The translations under genes and the position numbers were made by a program. From Eukaryota sp. TZLM1-RC (Eukaryota > Protista > Metamonada: BaSk clade): DNA of 64,000 nucleotides. The DNA is taken from the NCBI GenBank assembly GCA_040285825.1, contig JAUPSS010000002.1, positions 3,348,001-3,412,000 on the forward strand, given 5' to 3'. Under the pieces are notes generated by a model. It had not been told where the DNA came from and made no database searches. It worked only from the letters and a program-made list of their open reading frames with translations. Position 1 is the stretch's first letter, and every line of letters starts with the position of its first letter. Positions 1 to 12,734 of this stretch are shown here, piece by piece.

Positions 1-414
1 ACCTGTGCAGAGGTTCTTGATATTCACAGACGAATTGGATACGATTTCAGTAATTAGGAAGGGTCCTAAATAGTCTCCATGAAGCTTAGCGGAAGAGCCA
101 GATGCTCTCAATACCAATTGACCAACTTCAAAAGGGTTTGGAGTTGACGATCTAGTTAGCTTGGAAGCTTTGGAAGCTTGATGGTGTGCTGCCTTTTCCT
201 GTTTCTCTTTCAATCTTCGAAATTTAGATTGAATTTCTTGAATAAAAGATGACTCAGACGTCGAGCTTTCAATGATTTCAAGAATTTTGCCAGGGTCTGA
301 TCTGGGGGACACATCTGAGCCAAAGATCACTTAATGTGGGGTGTGGTTGGTTATTGAGCTCTTGGAAGAGTTAATCAATAATTGTACATAAGGCAAGTAT
401 TCAGACCACACATC

Positions 415-2529
415 CTAGGCATTGAAGTCTACGAGCAATTTCCGTAGGTTTTGCAGGATGTCTCTGTGTCGGCGCTCTACCAGGCCGTTGGACGGAGAAA
501 ATCTAGGTATTGACTTTGACACCTCTATGCCCAAAAATTTGCTTAATTCGTCAGAGACAGCCTTGGAAAATTCGCGTCCATTATCGATGTGGATTTGAAA
601 TGGAATACCAAAGATGGCACAGACTTTCCAAATTAATGCATCTGCAGTAAGATTGGCATTTATCTCTTTTAAAGGCACGATGATCGTGAACCTAGAGAAG
701 CTGTCAATAAATACGAGGATGTATTTGTAGCCTTCTTGATCTTCTAAAAGAGGACCAATAACGTCGGCGTTGACGCGAGCAAAAGGTCTGTCAGCCCACA
801 ATGAACCGGTTGGGGGAACGTGCAGTTTGGGAACTGGCTTTGTTTTCTGACAGGAGGGGCATTCTTGGACGTGCTTATTCATGTCGGTGAGCATGTTTGG
901 CCACCAATAATCGCTGTTCCTGAGCTTTTTCAGGCTTTCAGCTTTGCTTGGATGGCCTCCTTGCAGAAGTCCATGCAACAAGTTAAGGGTGTCCTTAATC
1001 AGTGATTTGGGAATCACTATCTTGTTGTCGTGCGTCATATATAAATCAAGATGATTGTTATGAACACAGTTGTTGAAAGAGGGGTCTTTGGAAGCTATGG
1101 CAAGCTTCTGTTCGGACCTAATCCTACAGAGCCATGGCTCGAAAATAGGCAGGTCGTTGGAACATCGTTCTCTGATGACCATGATACGTTCGAAGTTGTT
1201 TAAGTCTTCGATGTAGTATCTTTCATTTTCTGTTCCATCAATTTTATCAATGTAAAATATTGGATGAAAATTTGGAGGCATTTGATGGGACAAATGATTG
1301 ATCTCTTGATGGTCTATAGGCGGAACTATTCGAGACAACATATCAGCCCAGAAGTTATCTTCCCCTTTGGTATGTACCAAATCAAAGCAGAATTCAGAGA
1401 ATATGGGTAAGCATCTTGTTACAATTCTGTTCCTCTCAGGAGCCGTGAACATGTAGGTAAGGTTTTGATGGTCTGTGAATATAACCAGTTTCCTTCCTTT
1501 CAAGTAGTTTTCAAAACCACTTTGAGTTAACATGAGTAGGATAGCATTGAGTTCCTTTTGCTTTGTCGGCCAGTTCTTTTGCGAGTTGGTTAACAACCGG
1601 CTGAAGAAGCTGATAGGCCTACATTTCCTGTTGATCAGGGAGGTACCGGGGTCGTCGACTTGTTCGATTTGTTCCCATATGACGCCGCCTACAGCAATGT
1701 CGAATGCATCGCAAGTAATTAAAATTTGGATTTCCAGCGGAGGTAAGCTGAGCGGCATGTGCTTCGCTATCAGTTGTTTGATCTTTTGAAGGAGTCCGTC
1801 GTGCATGTCGGTCCATTGAAGGCGTTGCGCGCGGGGTTTGGGTTTAACTTTGGAGTTATTTCCATCCTTCTTAGTCAATCTGATGATAGGAGCGATGAGC
1901 TCAGATACCTGAGGAAGCCATTCTCTAATGAAGTTGACTGATCCTACGATGCTGCGGACGTCTTTGATTGTCTTTGGTCTAGGTAGATTCAGCAAAGATT
2001 CAACGCGAGTGGGATCGATAGTCCGTTGTTTGTTTTGGAAAACACTGCCCAGTATCTTAATTGGGTGTCTGGAAGACACGAAATGGCACTTTGGAAGTCC
2101 CAAGGAAACTCTTTTGTATCTGGCTTGATCAAGGACGCGACGGAGGCGTTCAATGAATTCGTCAATGGTTGAACCTATGATTATGATGTCATCTTTGTAA
2201 ATGAAGACACCGTCTTCCGCGAAGATGTCAGCCATGACGTTTTGGAAAACGGCTGGGACATTCTTTAGGCCAAAAGCTGCACGTTTGAACATGATGCTTT
2301 TGCAAGGAATGCTCAGGGCTGTTTTCTGCCAATCCTTTTCGGCAATCTTGAGTTGCCAAAAGGCTTTGGGGAGGTCAAGGGTGCCTATGTAGTTCGCTTG
2401 GGAGAGAAATACCAGCACATCATAGATCCTTGGAAGGTTGGGCTCAACAGGAATGGTGTTGGCGTTGACTCCGTCCTTGCCACTATAGTCACCGGTAAGG
2501 CGGGGCTTACGGTGATCTGGGTAGACCAC
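415..2529 (-). pseudogene. pol: gypsy-1 pol: reverse transcriptase, RNase H, integrase core
   Basis: LDLPKAFWQL, AAFGLKNVPAVFQ, FIYKDD (RT); CDAF/KELNAI/FTDHQN/NFWADMLSR (RH); H..GH..CPSCQ, ADVIGP, IDNGREF, NGLVER (IN). Reading continues past TAG as DVWSEYLPYVQLLIN. Confidence 0.9.
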
Positions 2530-5132
2530 TAGACAGACTCATGGTTCGATGGGGCAGCAAATCCGGAGTCTACGAGTTCGTCGAAAATTTGGTTAGCGAC
2601 CTCTAGCCTGGCTGGATTCACGGTCCTGGGGGGTCTTCTAACTCTGACGTCTTCGTTGTAGAAGTTGATTTCCATGGGAGGGCAATCAATACCTTCAGCA
2701 TGAGACTTGAGGGTAAATACGTCTTCGAACTCCTTCAAAGTTTGAAGCAGGGACTTCTTGAAATGGTCGTTGTCGCAGTTGATGGTACAACCAGATGAGT
2801 TGATGTGTTCCAACCAACGTGTGGAAATGTTGACGACTTCCGAAGCTTGTGATATTCGATGATCAAATTCAGCTTCAGGTAATAGTAATGTGCGACAGGC
2901 GTCGTCCATTCTAATATAAATGCCCTTGTTGTTCATCAGTCCAAGGTGACTCAGCAAGTCGGCACCAATGAGAATGGTCTCGTGTCCAGGAACGATGCTG
3001 AACTTGTGTTTCACATGTACAATCTGGGTAACACAGCCTAGTCTAATACCAAGGGTTCCAGAGGCAGTACCGAGGGACTGTGAGGTGGATCCATCAGCAA
3101 TCTTGTAGGATATGGTTTCGTTGGAACGTGCCATGTTACAATTGCTGATGACGTCTTCCGTGACCACTGAGCATGTTGCGCCAGAGTCGATTATGCCTTT
3201 AACCTCGACATTGTTGATCGACAAGTTTAATTGAAGGCAGTTGGTTGTGGACTTTATGGATTGTACCATAAATATTGTATCCGAATCATATTCAGCTTGT
3301 TCTGAGAAGAAATTAGCTTGAATGTTGTGTGTCTTGGTATGTTCCAAGTTGGCCAAAGGTTTGATTAGGGAATCTTTCCATGTTGTGTTTTCTGTGTGGG
3401 AATGTGTTGTAGTTGTAGGGGGTATGGTTTCAAAACTGTGTAAATAGTGACGGGAACGTTTATTATATGATGAAGAGCCTCTGCCTCTGCCGCGAGTGCC
3501 TCTTCGACTACGGAAACCAGAACCTCTAGAACTTCTGCCTTGAGCTTTGTGTTGAGCTTGTTGCTCTCTCCACTTTTTGCTTCTTTGGCAGTCCTCACTA
3601 GGGCACCTTTCAGTCGGATGACCCATTTGTTTACAGAAATTGCATTGGACGTTGGCATCAGTCTGAGTGGAAGACGGTTGAGTAGAGCTTCCTTCTCGTA
3701 GTTGTTGTTTTGGGCGCCTGCCAGAGCTGGAACCTCTTGGTTTGGGGATAGCAGGGGGAGAAGGTACCGTTTGTCTGCGACGGTTCTCAGTCTGAAACGA
3801 GATTCTATTTTGATACAAGAAGTCCACGTAATTGATCTGCTCCTTAAAAGATCTAGCATTACAGAAATTTTCGTATTCTATTTGGAGAACACTGAAAAAT
3901 TCTCCTAGGGTGTGGCCATCTGAGTAATAATGGGAGGGATTGGACCAGATCCTGAGGAGTCTGTCCCTGATGATGGTAATACCGATGTTTTCAATGACGT
4001 GAGAAGCTATTTCCCATTCCGGGAGTCGGTCGACAGGGTTTCCGTGGATGGTGATGTTTTTCATTTGATGAGTCAGACCACGAACGTCTTGGATAGCGGT
4101 GGAACGCGTTAAGACTCTGCCTATGTTAAGCATGAAGTCTATCCATCTGTTACCATAATCTCTGTCAGACCAATCCATGTGTACAGCATGAAGTGCGTCC
4201 AGGGCTTGATCCAGTCTACTGAATTGGGTTCTCCTTAGGATCTGTTCCCAAATGTTGCGTTCGTCTCTGCTGGTTGGGACCATGGCGGAGGAAATTGAAA
4301 GGCCAGTGCCTTGATACCTTAAAGCGTTGAGAGCTTCAGGTGTAACGCATTCAGCTAAGCCTCTGGGACTAATGCGCATGGCAGATCTGAAGAGATCCCA
4401 TTCATGAATTGGTTCGCTGTCGAACCGTTGATCAGATGCCAATTTTGCTGATCTAGCTAGTTCAAGTTCTTCACGAAGTCTAGCAACTTCGCTGGCTAAA
4501 GCAACTTGGGCAGGATCCTCGATGTTGCCTCGAGCCTCGTCTACAATTCTATCTGTACGACTCCAGAGAATAAACTTGTTAACAAACTTGAGGAGTTTAT
4601 CAACATCTCTTAAATCAGTCGCGTCGAGAGTTGGACGTTTGGGGCGGTCTCTGCGTCTGTTGTCTCTATCTTTTGATCCCACCATGGAAGGTAGGAGAAG
4701 GTTACTATCGTAAGTACCTGAGAAAGCAGAACGTGAAGAACTAACCGTAGAAGGTGTTGGTTGAGCCGTGTGTTGTGAACTTGTTGAACCAGTGGAAGGA
4801 GGTGTGGGTGGAACCACTGATTGTTCCATAGGCTGTATAGGTGCTGGAGTTTGTTCCATTGGTGCTAGCACAGTTGGAATTGAGTCTGGAGTTGGGGACT
4901 CATCACTGACTTCTACTACAACATCCTCTTCAGTTTGTTCCGTGGGAGGATTATGTGAGGGTTCTGTAAAAGTCTCCATAGGTTGATCTGCTGAAGGTGG
5001 AACTTCACAATGGTGAGGTTCAGGAGAAGGTACTGTCTCTTCAATCTGGGCTGGAACCTGATGAGAAGAGATCGCTGGTTGAACCAACCGTGTCTTTTCA
5101 ATACGACCTTCTACCATAACCCATTTTAACAT
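2529..5132 (-). pseudogene. gag: gypsy-1 gag-protease region
   Basis: CNFCKQMGHPTERC zinc knuckle, RG-rich tract, IIDSGA aspartic protease motif, ILIGADLL; frameshifted into pol at ~2529. Confidence 0.85.
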
Positions 5133-5204
5133 CCTGGATTCTATGCATCCAGGGAAAACGGTGACGAGCTGGAGGGCTCTTTGAAGATTACCTGATCTTC
5201 TGTG

Positions 5205-6759
5205 TTAAGGACCACAATATGAAGCTATATGGTCAGGACGTCTGTTGTAAAGAAAGAGTCTTTCACCATATGTGGTTTCGGTAAACCACCACCCTGTTCT
5301 ATAATCTCTGTCGATAAGGATATCGAGAGATGCGTTGTATCCAGGGCTGAACCTAGGGTATGGACAAGGGTTGTGAACATTTATGAAGAGGTTGTCTTCA
5401 TCTCCAGCGAAGTGTCTGAATACTCCTTCTCGAGTAGTTCTCATGAACCTAACTCCGGGTCTTGGTTCGTGAGTTGATTCTGGGTCATTCCTGGAGGTTT
5501 CTGGGGTGATCCTTTCATCGGTAAGAAATGGATCTATTCTGGAAGAGATCCATAATCCTAAGTCGTTCTCGACTTTGGGACCGTAGAAAGGAGGCCGTTT
5601 GTTGCTCATCTCCGTGGGAGGGATGGCTTCTGGATCCTCTTGAATGACTCGTGTGTCCCTATATCTAGCGTAAGAGTTGTGCTGACGGGAAGCACCATGA
5701 TGAACACTTGAACTAGCGTGGGAGCTAGTTTGAGAAGGGGTAAGTTGAGCAGGTGTAGAGGATGTTTCTCTTCTAGCTTCAATCTCTCTGTCAATCTTTT
5801 TCTGTGTTCCCAGTTTCGTTCTTCTTGGAGAAAACGCTCTATATATTCTTTAGAGACCTCACCAGGAATTTTGTCAATTTCAGAAGAAGGTGCCGTGGGA
5901 GGGACCTGATGTTGAGGTAGAGGGGAGAATTCCATGGGAGGTTCCTCGTACTCAACCAAATCTGAAAAGATTTGTTCGTATCTTTTCCTTTGCTCTTCGG
6001 AAAGAAGCGAAGGAAGGTTCGAAAGGCTAGGAATGGAATCACTAGCCTGGTGAGGGGAAACAGACAGATTATTAACTCCACTAACTGTTGAAGTTAGAGG
6101 AGATCCTGAAGTTGGATCAGCAGGATTTTGGAAAGTTCTTCTAACAGTTGGAACTGGAGGGAGAAGCTGTTGAGAGTGAGAGGGTTGAACCTCAGAACTA
6201 GATGAAAGGGATGAAGATGGTACTTCAATGGCCTTATTAGAGGAGGAAGAGGGTTGATCTTCTAATCCTTCCTTTGACGCGAGAGAAGGTTGAACAGTTT
6301 CTCTGTTCTGAATAGAAAGTGAAGGTGGTACTTCAGAACTTCTTTCTTGGAGGGGAGAAGGTGGGACTTCAGACGCCCTTAAATGTGAAGGAGGAAGAGG
6401 AGCAACGGAATCCTCATCATCTTCATCGTCGTAGGAGACTAATGAAGAACTTTTTCCTTCAGAAGGAATAGAATCCTTAGAAGGGTTGTCTCCTTCTGCA
6501 GGAACGGAATCCAGAGGAGAGAAACTTCCTTCCATTGGAACGGAATCCTCAGGAAGGGAACTATCTTCCTTGGGGTAGAACCCTCGGGAAGAGTTGCTTC
6601 AGGAAGCGCAGAAGCTTCAACCGAAGAGGGGAGCACGGAAGCAGGGTCTGTGGTTAGTGGTGAGGAAGAGGGACCAGTCTCTTCCTCAAGGATCCTACGT
6701 CAAGCCGGGGACGACCCAATACGTATTGATGGTCTTGGCTGTTGGTTATTGTCTGACAT
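5205..6759 (-). pseudogene. gypsy-1 S/P/E-rich N-terminal ORF region, broken
   Basis: ATG at 6759 (MSDNNQQP, cf. MSDISQP of gypsy-2); ORF pieces 6439-6636, 5606-6535 and 5205-5609 are low-complexity and lie between LTR and gag. Confidence 0.6.
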
Positions 6760-6779
6760 ACAATGTAGAGTAACAGAAG

Positions 6780-6891
6780 TGTAATTTATTACGAAGAGGA
6801 ATTGTATTCTCTCTTCTTAAGCTAACAGGCAGAATACTAATAACTAAACTATTAACTATAAATACTATTTAAGACTAACAATTGTATTACA
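6780..6891 (-). repeat. putative 5' LTR of gypsy-1 (~112 bp)
   Basis: TGTAAT...ATTACA inverted termini, AATAAA near its 3' end, outer edge coincides with a break in a family-A element; partner LTR is outside the window so the inner edge is unverified. Confidence 0.6.
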
Positions 6892-7680
6892 AAGATTTGG
6901 ATTGTGTGCCACTAATGAAGCATTTGTAACAAAAATGAGATTATATTTGAATATCCCCATTAATCAATTTTTATCAAAAGAAAAATGTATTTGTTCGAAT
7001 TCACCTCAACTCACTTTGCACCATGCTCTAAACTGCTCTAAATTGATAACTTATCGTTCTTCATTACATGATGCTGTTAGAGACACTGTTTTCAATATGG
7101 CACAAACTGCAAGAATTTCGTGTATCAAAGAGCCCCTGCTGAAGGAAACACTTTCTCTGAATAATTTTGGTTCTGATGATAGAGGTGATGTATACTGTGA
7201 TTGGATTGATAATTCTGAAGCTATTGTTGACTTTGTCTCATGTAATGTTGCAAATGATACTTTGGTTCACAGAAGAAAACTTAATCCTGTGGCTGCTCTG
7301 GATTTTAAAGCAAAAGAGAAACATAGAAAATAAGATGAAGATATTGAAGAGGCAAATGTCGATAGAAATACACAGCTGGTTTTTATTGCTTTCCCATTTT
7401 CGATAAATGGAAGATTATCAGTTGAAGCAGAAACTTTTTTGAATGACTTCCAAAAAATGGTGCAAGAAAAAACAATGAAAAGATTTGATATATTTTTATG
7501 GCGTTCACGGATTCAATTTGCCATTATTAATAGATTACCACGGTTTTTCAATCGAATAAGAGAAGCTTTAACTAGACAGCAAGCAGATCAAGATTTTGTA
7601 GAGAAAATTTTGGTTCAATGATAGTTGTCCCATTAGTATTGAGTTAATTTAATTAAGTGTGCAAATTCAATAAATATAAT
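6892..7680 (+). mobile_element. RLE non-LTR retrotransposon family A, 3' fragment
   Basis: CICSNSPQLTLHHALNC finger, RSSLHDAV, RGD...VD, KEKHRK; premature TAA at 7331; ends at AATAAA 7669. Confidence 0.88.
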
Positions 7681-7877
7681 AGTGAAAATAATTTGAAATT
7701 AAATTATGAAAAACATATCAATCGAATTGTTAATGTTTATTTAAACAAACAAGATGTAGAAAATGTGTTTTCAGAAATGTACAAGCTGGGTGGATACTCA
7801 ACGCCATTATCTACAATTATTTCACTTTTTAGATTTAGGCTTCGTCAATTCTAAAACTTGTATTCAGTTGATGATAA

Positions 7878-8799
7878 GACTTGGTTTGGCCAAAACTAAA
7901 AATCCCGTTTTCGGTAATTTTTTAAAGGATATTCGTGATAGTTCAGCTGCTGCTTTAGTAACTCAAGTTCCCTCTGTTTATGGACTTTTGTTAAAAAACA
8001 ATGAATCGCTTCTCAACATGCGTTTTCGTTGTTTTCTGTGGCCAAACAATTTGCCCAATCATTTAACTTGTAAATGTGGTAAACCTCTTTTGTTTACTCA
8101 TCTTTTGAACTGTAAACATTTCATCACGTTTAGAAGCAAAGTGCATAATAACGTCAGGGACCAAATTTATGTAATGTGCAAATCATATCGAGTAGATTCC
8201 TTTTTAGAACCGCTGTTATCAAAATTAATTCTTGATGATCCCAATATTGATAGTACGCGTTACAACAGAGCTTCTATGGGTCTGACTAGAGGTGATCTAG
8301 TTGTTCCTGGTTCAAATGGTAGTTTTACTATTTTGGACGCCATGTCTATTGACCCTTGTAATTCCTCTAACGAACATTTCATTAACTCGGATGTAAATAA
8401 TCCTCTTCTTGCAGGCGAAAAATATAAAATTGCTAAATATGCGAAACCCATTTCCTCGGTTAATGAAAATTCTCATGCCCAATATAATTTATGTCCATTT
8501 GTTTTTTCTTTGCTTGGATCTCTAGGTAAGGCTGCTATGGCTTTCCTTGAGGATTTTGTTGTAGTTGTAAAGGAAAGAACTGGAAGAATTTCAATCGTGT
8601 TTACTGGCAAAACAGGATTGTATTTTCTATTTTTAAGGGAATGGTAACACTAGTTTCTGATTCACTATCTTCTTTTGGGAAATTTTCTGAATCTTTAGCG
8701 ATTAATTGTTTTGATGTAGGGGATGCAGGTTTTGAGGATGTGGAGTTTTAATTGTGTATTTCATATTTGTTGTTGAATAAAAATAAATTAATTAAAAAA
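7878..8799 (+). mobile_element. RLE non-LTR family B, 5'-truncated copy with TSD
   Basis: CKCGKPLLFTHLLNC, RGD...LD, EKYKIAKY; AATAAA + A-tail; 12-bp TSD AGTTGATGATAA at 7866-7877 and 8800-8811. Confidence 0.9.
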
Positions 8800-9084
8800 A
8801 GTTGATGATAAAGATTGCTTGAGTTCTTTGTTTCATTATACTGAATATCACCTCTTTTCTGACTTTGAGAAAACTACATTTCGTCAAAAACTGGTTCTAA
8901 TCGTGCTGGATGATAAGTACTCTTTAACAAAAATAGATGCAATCACGAACAACTTTTTGAATTATCGAACGTTTCTGAGTGAATTTCTTGCAAGAAGGGA
9001 CATGAAACCACTACTATAGGAAACCACTACTCCACATTTACAACAATCATCTGTTAAACACTGAGGAGGAGGTAAGTTCAAACG

Positions 9085-9454
9085 TGTTGTGAGTCCTGCA
9101 AAAAAATCACCTCTTTCAGTAGAACCAAAGTTGGTCAATGACAGTGTTTCTTCCAGTAAGGGCTTCAATACACGAGAATCTTGCATTTCTCACGTTAATA
9201 ACAACAGTGTTCCTGACAGCAATCTGTCATGAAGAACGATAAGGCATCAATTGAGGAAAATTAAGAGTAAAATAAAGTGAACTGAGATGAATTGGAACAA
9301 GTCCAGGTTTCCTTAATAAAAGTTGGTCAATTTGAATAATCAGATGCAATCTCATTTTGGTGACAAATGCTTCATTATTGACACATGACACAAACTTTTG
9401 TGGCACAATAATGACAAATAATAAATGAAGCTGATGATTTAATTCTCACATGCA
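9085..9454 (-). mobile_element. old family-A-like RLE element fragment (continues at 11772-11870)
   Basis: KPLLEETLSLTNFGSTERGD resembles family A EPLLKETLSLNNFGSDDRGD; split by the 9455-11771 insertion. Confidence 0.7.
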
Positions 9455-11771
9455 TTTTCTGGCATTACTATTGATCATGTAAAAGCCGCGATTATTTCTT
9501 CAGAAGATTGCCTTGGTTTATTGACTAAATTTTTCAACCAAATATTATCTGGTCAACGCAAATACCCAGAAGAATTAAGAAGTTCTCGTTTGACTGCACT
9601 TGTCAAAAATTCAAAAATGGATGTTCGTCCTATTGCAGTCTCTGAGAGCTTACACAATATTTTTTCTGCGTGTTGCTTAAGCAGGTTCAATGAAAAAGCT
9701 AAAAAGATTTTATTACCCTTTCAATATGGTATAAATACTACAGATGGAGTCTCTTCAGCGATTTTTGCTACTGATGTCTTATTTCGTCAAAATGAATTCA
9801 ATGTTTGCATGTCATTGGATTTTAGTAATGCTTTCAATTCACTAAGTCGTCGCAGTATCCATGGTGCTCTATTGCAATATATGCCGGAATTAATAGCATA
9901 TTTTCAATCAACTTATTGCACATATTCTAATTTACATTTTGGTAACAACATTTTGAGTTCATCAAGTGGCGTAAAGCAAGGAGATCCGTTAGGACCTCTT
10001 TTGTTTTGTTTGGCCATCCATCCTATTCTACTGCAAATTCAAGAGATGTTTCCTTCACTAAAAATGATTGCATATATGGATGATGTTGTGCTTATTGGTG
10101 ATTTAAATATTGTGAAAAAAGCAACTGTATGTTTTAAAGAATTATTTACCAAAATTGGTCTCCGACTTAATTTACTTAAATGTGTTTTGTTATCGAATTC
10201 TCCAGTTTCCACAATAATTGATGATATTGAAATTCAAGCCGAATTATATTCAATTGATGCTATTCGTCATTTGGGTTCGTTTTTAGGAAATAATGATGAA
10301 ATTACCAAAAAATTGTTTGAAAAGTTGAACTCAATTTCTGACAAAATTGACCGAATGATGAATTTAGATATAAAAAACACATCAAATTTACCATTATAAG
10401 ACTGTGTTTTAGTTCCAATTTTAATCATATATTTCGATCTACAAATCCTCTCGTCACTAGACCTTTGGCTCAAAAGTTTAATGAGTTACGTGCAAAAGTT
10501 CTGTCTCAATTACTGGGATGTAAAATGTTTCAAATTCCAGATCATGCTTACCTTAGTCCACATTATGGTGGTTTAGGGTGGACGAAGGCTTCTATTCTTA
10601 CCTCGTGTGCTTTTGTTGGTGGATGCAGAAATGCAATCTTTGAGTTTTCCGAAAGATTTGCAGATTGGGAAGATTTATTGATGACAACGCAAAGTTCCAT
10701 TGTTTTTGCATTAAATGAAGAAATTTCAAGAATTGATGTAGAAAAATGGGGTCGATGTTTTCCCCAATCATTCAATGGCAATATTCCAGAAAAAAATGTT
10801 TTAAATTTGAAGTACACTCTTCGAACATTACAGAAAAGATTGACTGGAATGTATGAAAAAGATCTTTATAATAATATTTGCAGCTCGGCTGTTTTAAATC
10901 AAGATCTTCACTCATTGTTATTGGAAAAGGGTGTTTGTGAAAACAAGGCGTCAGATTCTTCACTTTTTGTAACCATTGTACCACGAAGATTTGGATTGTG
11001 TGCCACTAATGAAGCATTTGTAACAAAAATGAGATTATATTTGAACATCCCCATTAACCAATTATTATCAAAAGAAAAATGTATTTGTTCGAATTCACCT
11101 CAACTCACTTTGCGCCATGCTCTAAATTGCTCTAAATTGATAACTTATCGTTCTTCATTACATGATGCTGTTAGAGACACTGTTTTCAATATGGCACAAA
11201 CTGCAAGGATATCGTGTATCAAAGAGCCCCTGCTGAAGGAAACACTTTCTCTGAATAATTTTGGTTCTGATGATAGAGGTGATGTATACTGTGATTGGAT
11301 TGATAATTCTGAAGCTATTGTTGACTTTGTCTCATGTAATGTTGCAAACGATACTTTGGTTCACAGAAGAAAACTTAATCCTGTGGCTGCTCTGGATTTT
11401 AAAGCAAAAGAAAAACATAGAAAATATGATAAAGAAATTGAAGATGCAAATGTCGATAGAAATACACAGCTGGTTTTTATTGCTTTCCCATTTTCGATAA
11501 ATGGAAGATTATCAGTTGAAGCAGAAACTTTTTTGGATGACTTCCAAAAAATGGTGAAAGAAAAAACAATGAAAAGATTTGATATTTTTTTATGGCGTTC
11601 ACGGATTCAATTTGCCATTATTAATAGATTACCGCGGTTTTTCAATCGAATTAGAGAAGCTTTAGCTAGACAGCAAGCAAATCAAGATTTTGTAGAGGAA
11701 ATCTTGGTTTAATGATAGTCATCCCATTAGTTATGATTTAATTTAATCAAGTGTGCAAATTCAATAAATTG
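9455..11771 (+). mobile_element. RLE non-LTR family A, 5'-truncated RT-RLE copy with TSD
   Basis: RPIAVSE, LDFSNAFN, GVKQGDPLGPLLF, YMDD (ORF 9521-10399); GGLG, finger and RLE (ORF 10465-11712); -1 shift at 10372-10378; 13-bp TSD ATTCTCACATGCA at 9442-9454 and 11772-11784. Confidence 0.92.
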
Positions 11772-11889
11772 ATTCTCACATGCACTTTCTTCAATAATAA
11801 AGAGCGAAGATCCATCGTGATGTAATGGTTGTAAAATACATTGTAAATTTACAATTGTTTTGGAAAATATGCAATGATCGATTTTTTTT

Positions 11890-12511
11890 AAACTAAAACT
11901 TTTTATTCAACAACAAATATGAAATACACAATTAAAACTCCACATCCTCAAAACCTGCCTCCCCTACATCAAAACAATTAATCGCTAAAGATTCAGAAAA
12001 TTTCCCAAAAGAAGATAGTGAATCAGAAATTAGTGTTACCATTCCCTTAAAAATAGAAAATACAATCCTGTTTTGCCAGTAAACACGATTGAAAATTCTT
12101 CCAGTTCTTTCCTTTACAACTACAACAAAATCCTCAAGGAAAGCCATAGCAGCCTTACCTAGAGATCCAAGCAAAGAAAAAACAAATGGACATAAATTAT
12201 ATTGGGCATGAGAATTTTCATTAACCGAGGAAATGGGTTTCGCATATTTAGCAATTTTATATTTTTCGCCTGCAAGAAGAGGATTATTTACATCCGAGTT
12301 AATGAAATGTTCGTTAGAGGAATTACAAGGGTCAATAGACATGGCGTCCAAAATAGTAAAACTACCATTTAAACCAGGAACAACTAGATCACCTCTAGTC
12401 AGACCCATAGAAGCTCTGTTGTAACGCATACTATCAATATTGGGATCATCAAGAATTAATTTTGATAACAGCGGTTCTAAAAAGGAATCTACACGATATG
12501 ATTTACACATT
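11890..12511 (-). mobile_element. RLE non-LTR family B, short 3' copy with TSD
   Basis: ORF 11932-12510 = RLE domain to the natural C-terminus (FEDVEF*); direct repeat ATCGATTTTTTTT at 11877-11889 and 12516-12528. Confidence 0.88.
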
Positions 12512-12724
12512 GATCATCGATTTTTTTTGAAAATAAATTTAATTTATTCTAGGTGATTTTTGTGTTTCAATTATTCGGTTCTATTTCTATGCAAAATCGA
12601 TGAACTATAGGTTTGGAAAACTCAAACATGAGGTTGCTGTATACACCGTCAAAAGTACTGAGAACTGAGAATTGATGCTTCACTAGCCAATCTGTTGCCT
12701 TATCAAATTACATTTTTTATCCCA

Positions 12725-12731
12725 ATCTCAA
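12725..12731 (+). promoter_or_regulatory. candidate initiator-like motif WTCTSNA at -10..-4 (also 18269-18275, 23408-23414, 27485-27491 on minus)
   Basis: Same position in all four host genes: ATCTCAACTG, ATCTGTAACA, ATCTGCAAGA, TTCTGAATAA + ATG. Confidence 0.55.
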
Positions 12732-12734
12732 CTG

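Larger units (their letters stand above)
1..6891 (-). mobile_element. Ty3/gypsy LTR retrotransposon 1 (degenerate, 3' end runs off the window)
   Basis: Order gag(CCHC)-PR-RT-RH-IN on minus strand; several stops/frameshifts (TGA ~6700, 2529 junction, TAG 415-417, TAA ~331); GPF motif KLHGDYLGPF near 60-90; right boundary abuts a family-A non-LTR sequence at 6892. Confidence 0.92.

Noticed and set aside
331-417. Alternative genetic code (TAA/TAG read as sense) suggested by in-frame stops in TEs
   Set aside because: Host genes end at TAA/TAG/TGA at expected lengths, and the TE stops replace different residues (Y, E, W, K).
7780-7830. GGYSTPL match to the family F C-terminus
   Set aside because: Seven residues only; flanking translation does not align.
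9030-9080. SVKH*GGG resembling Tc1 TVKHGGG
   Set aside because: Too short, no flanking DDE motifs or TIRs.
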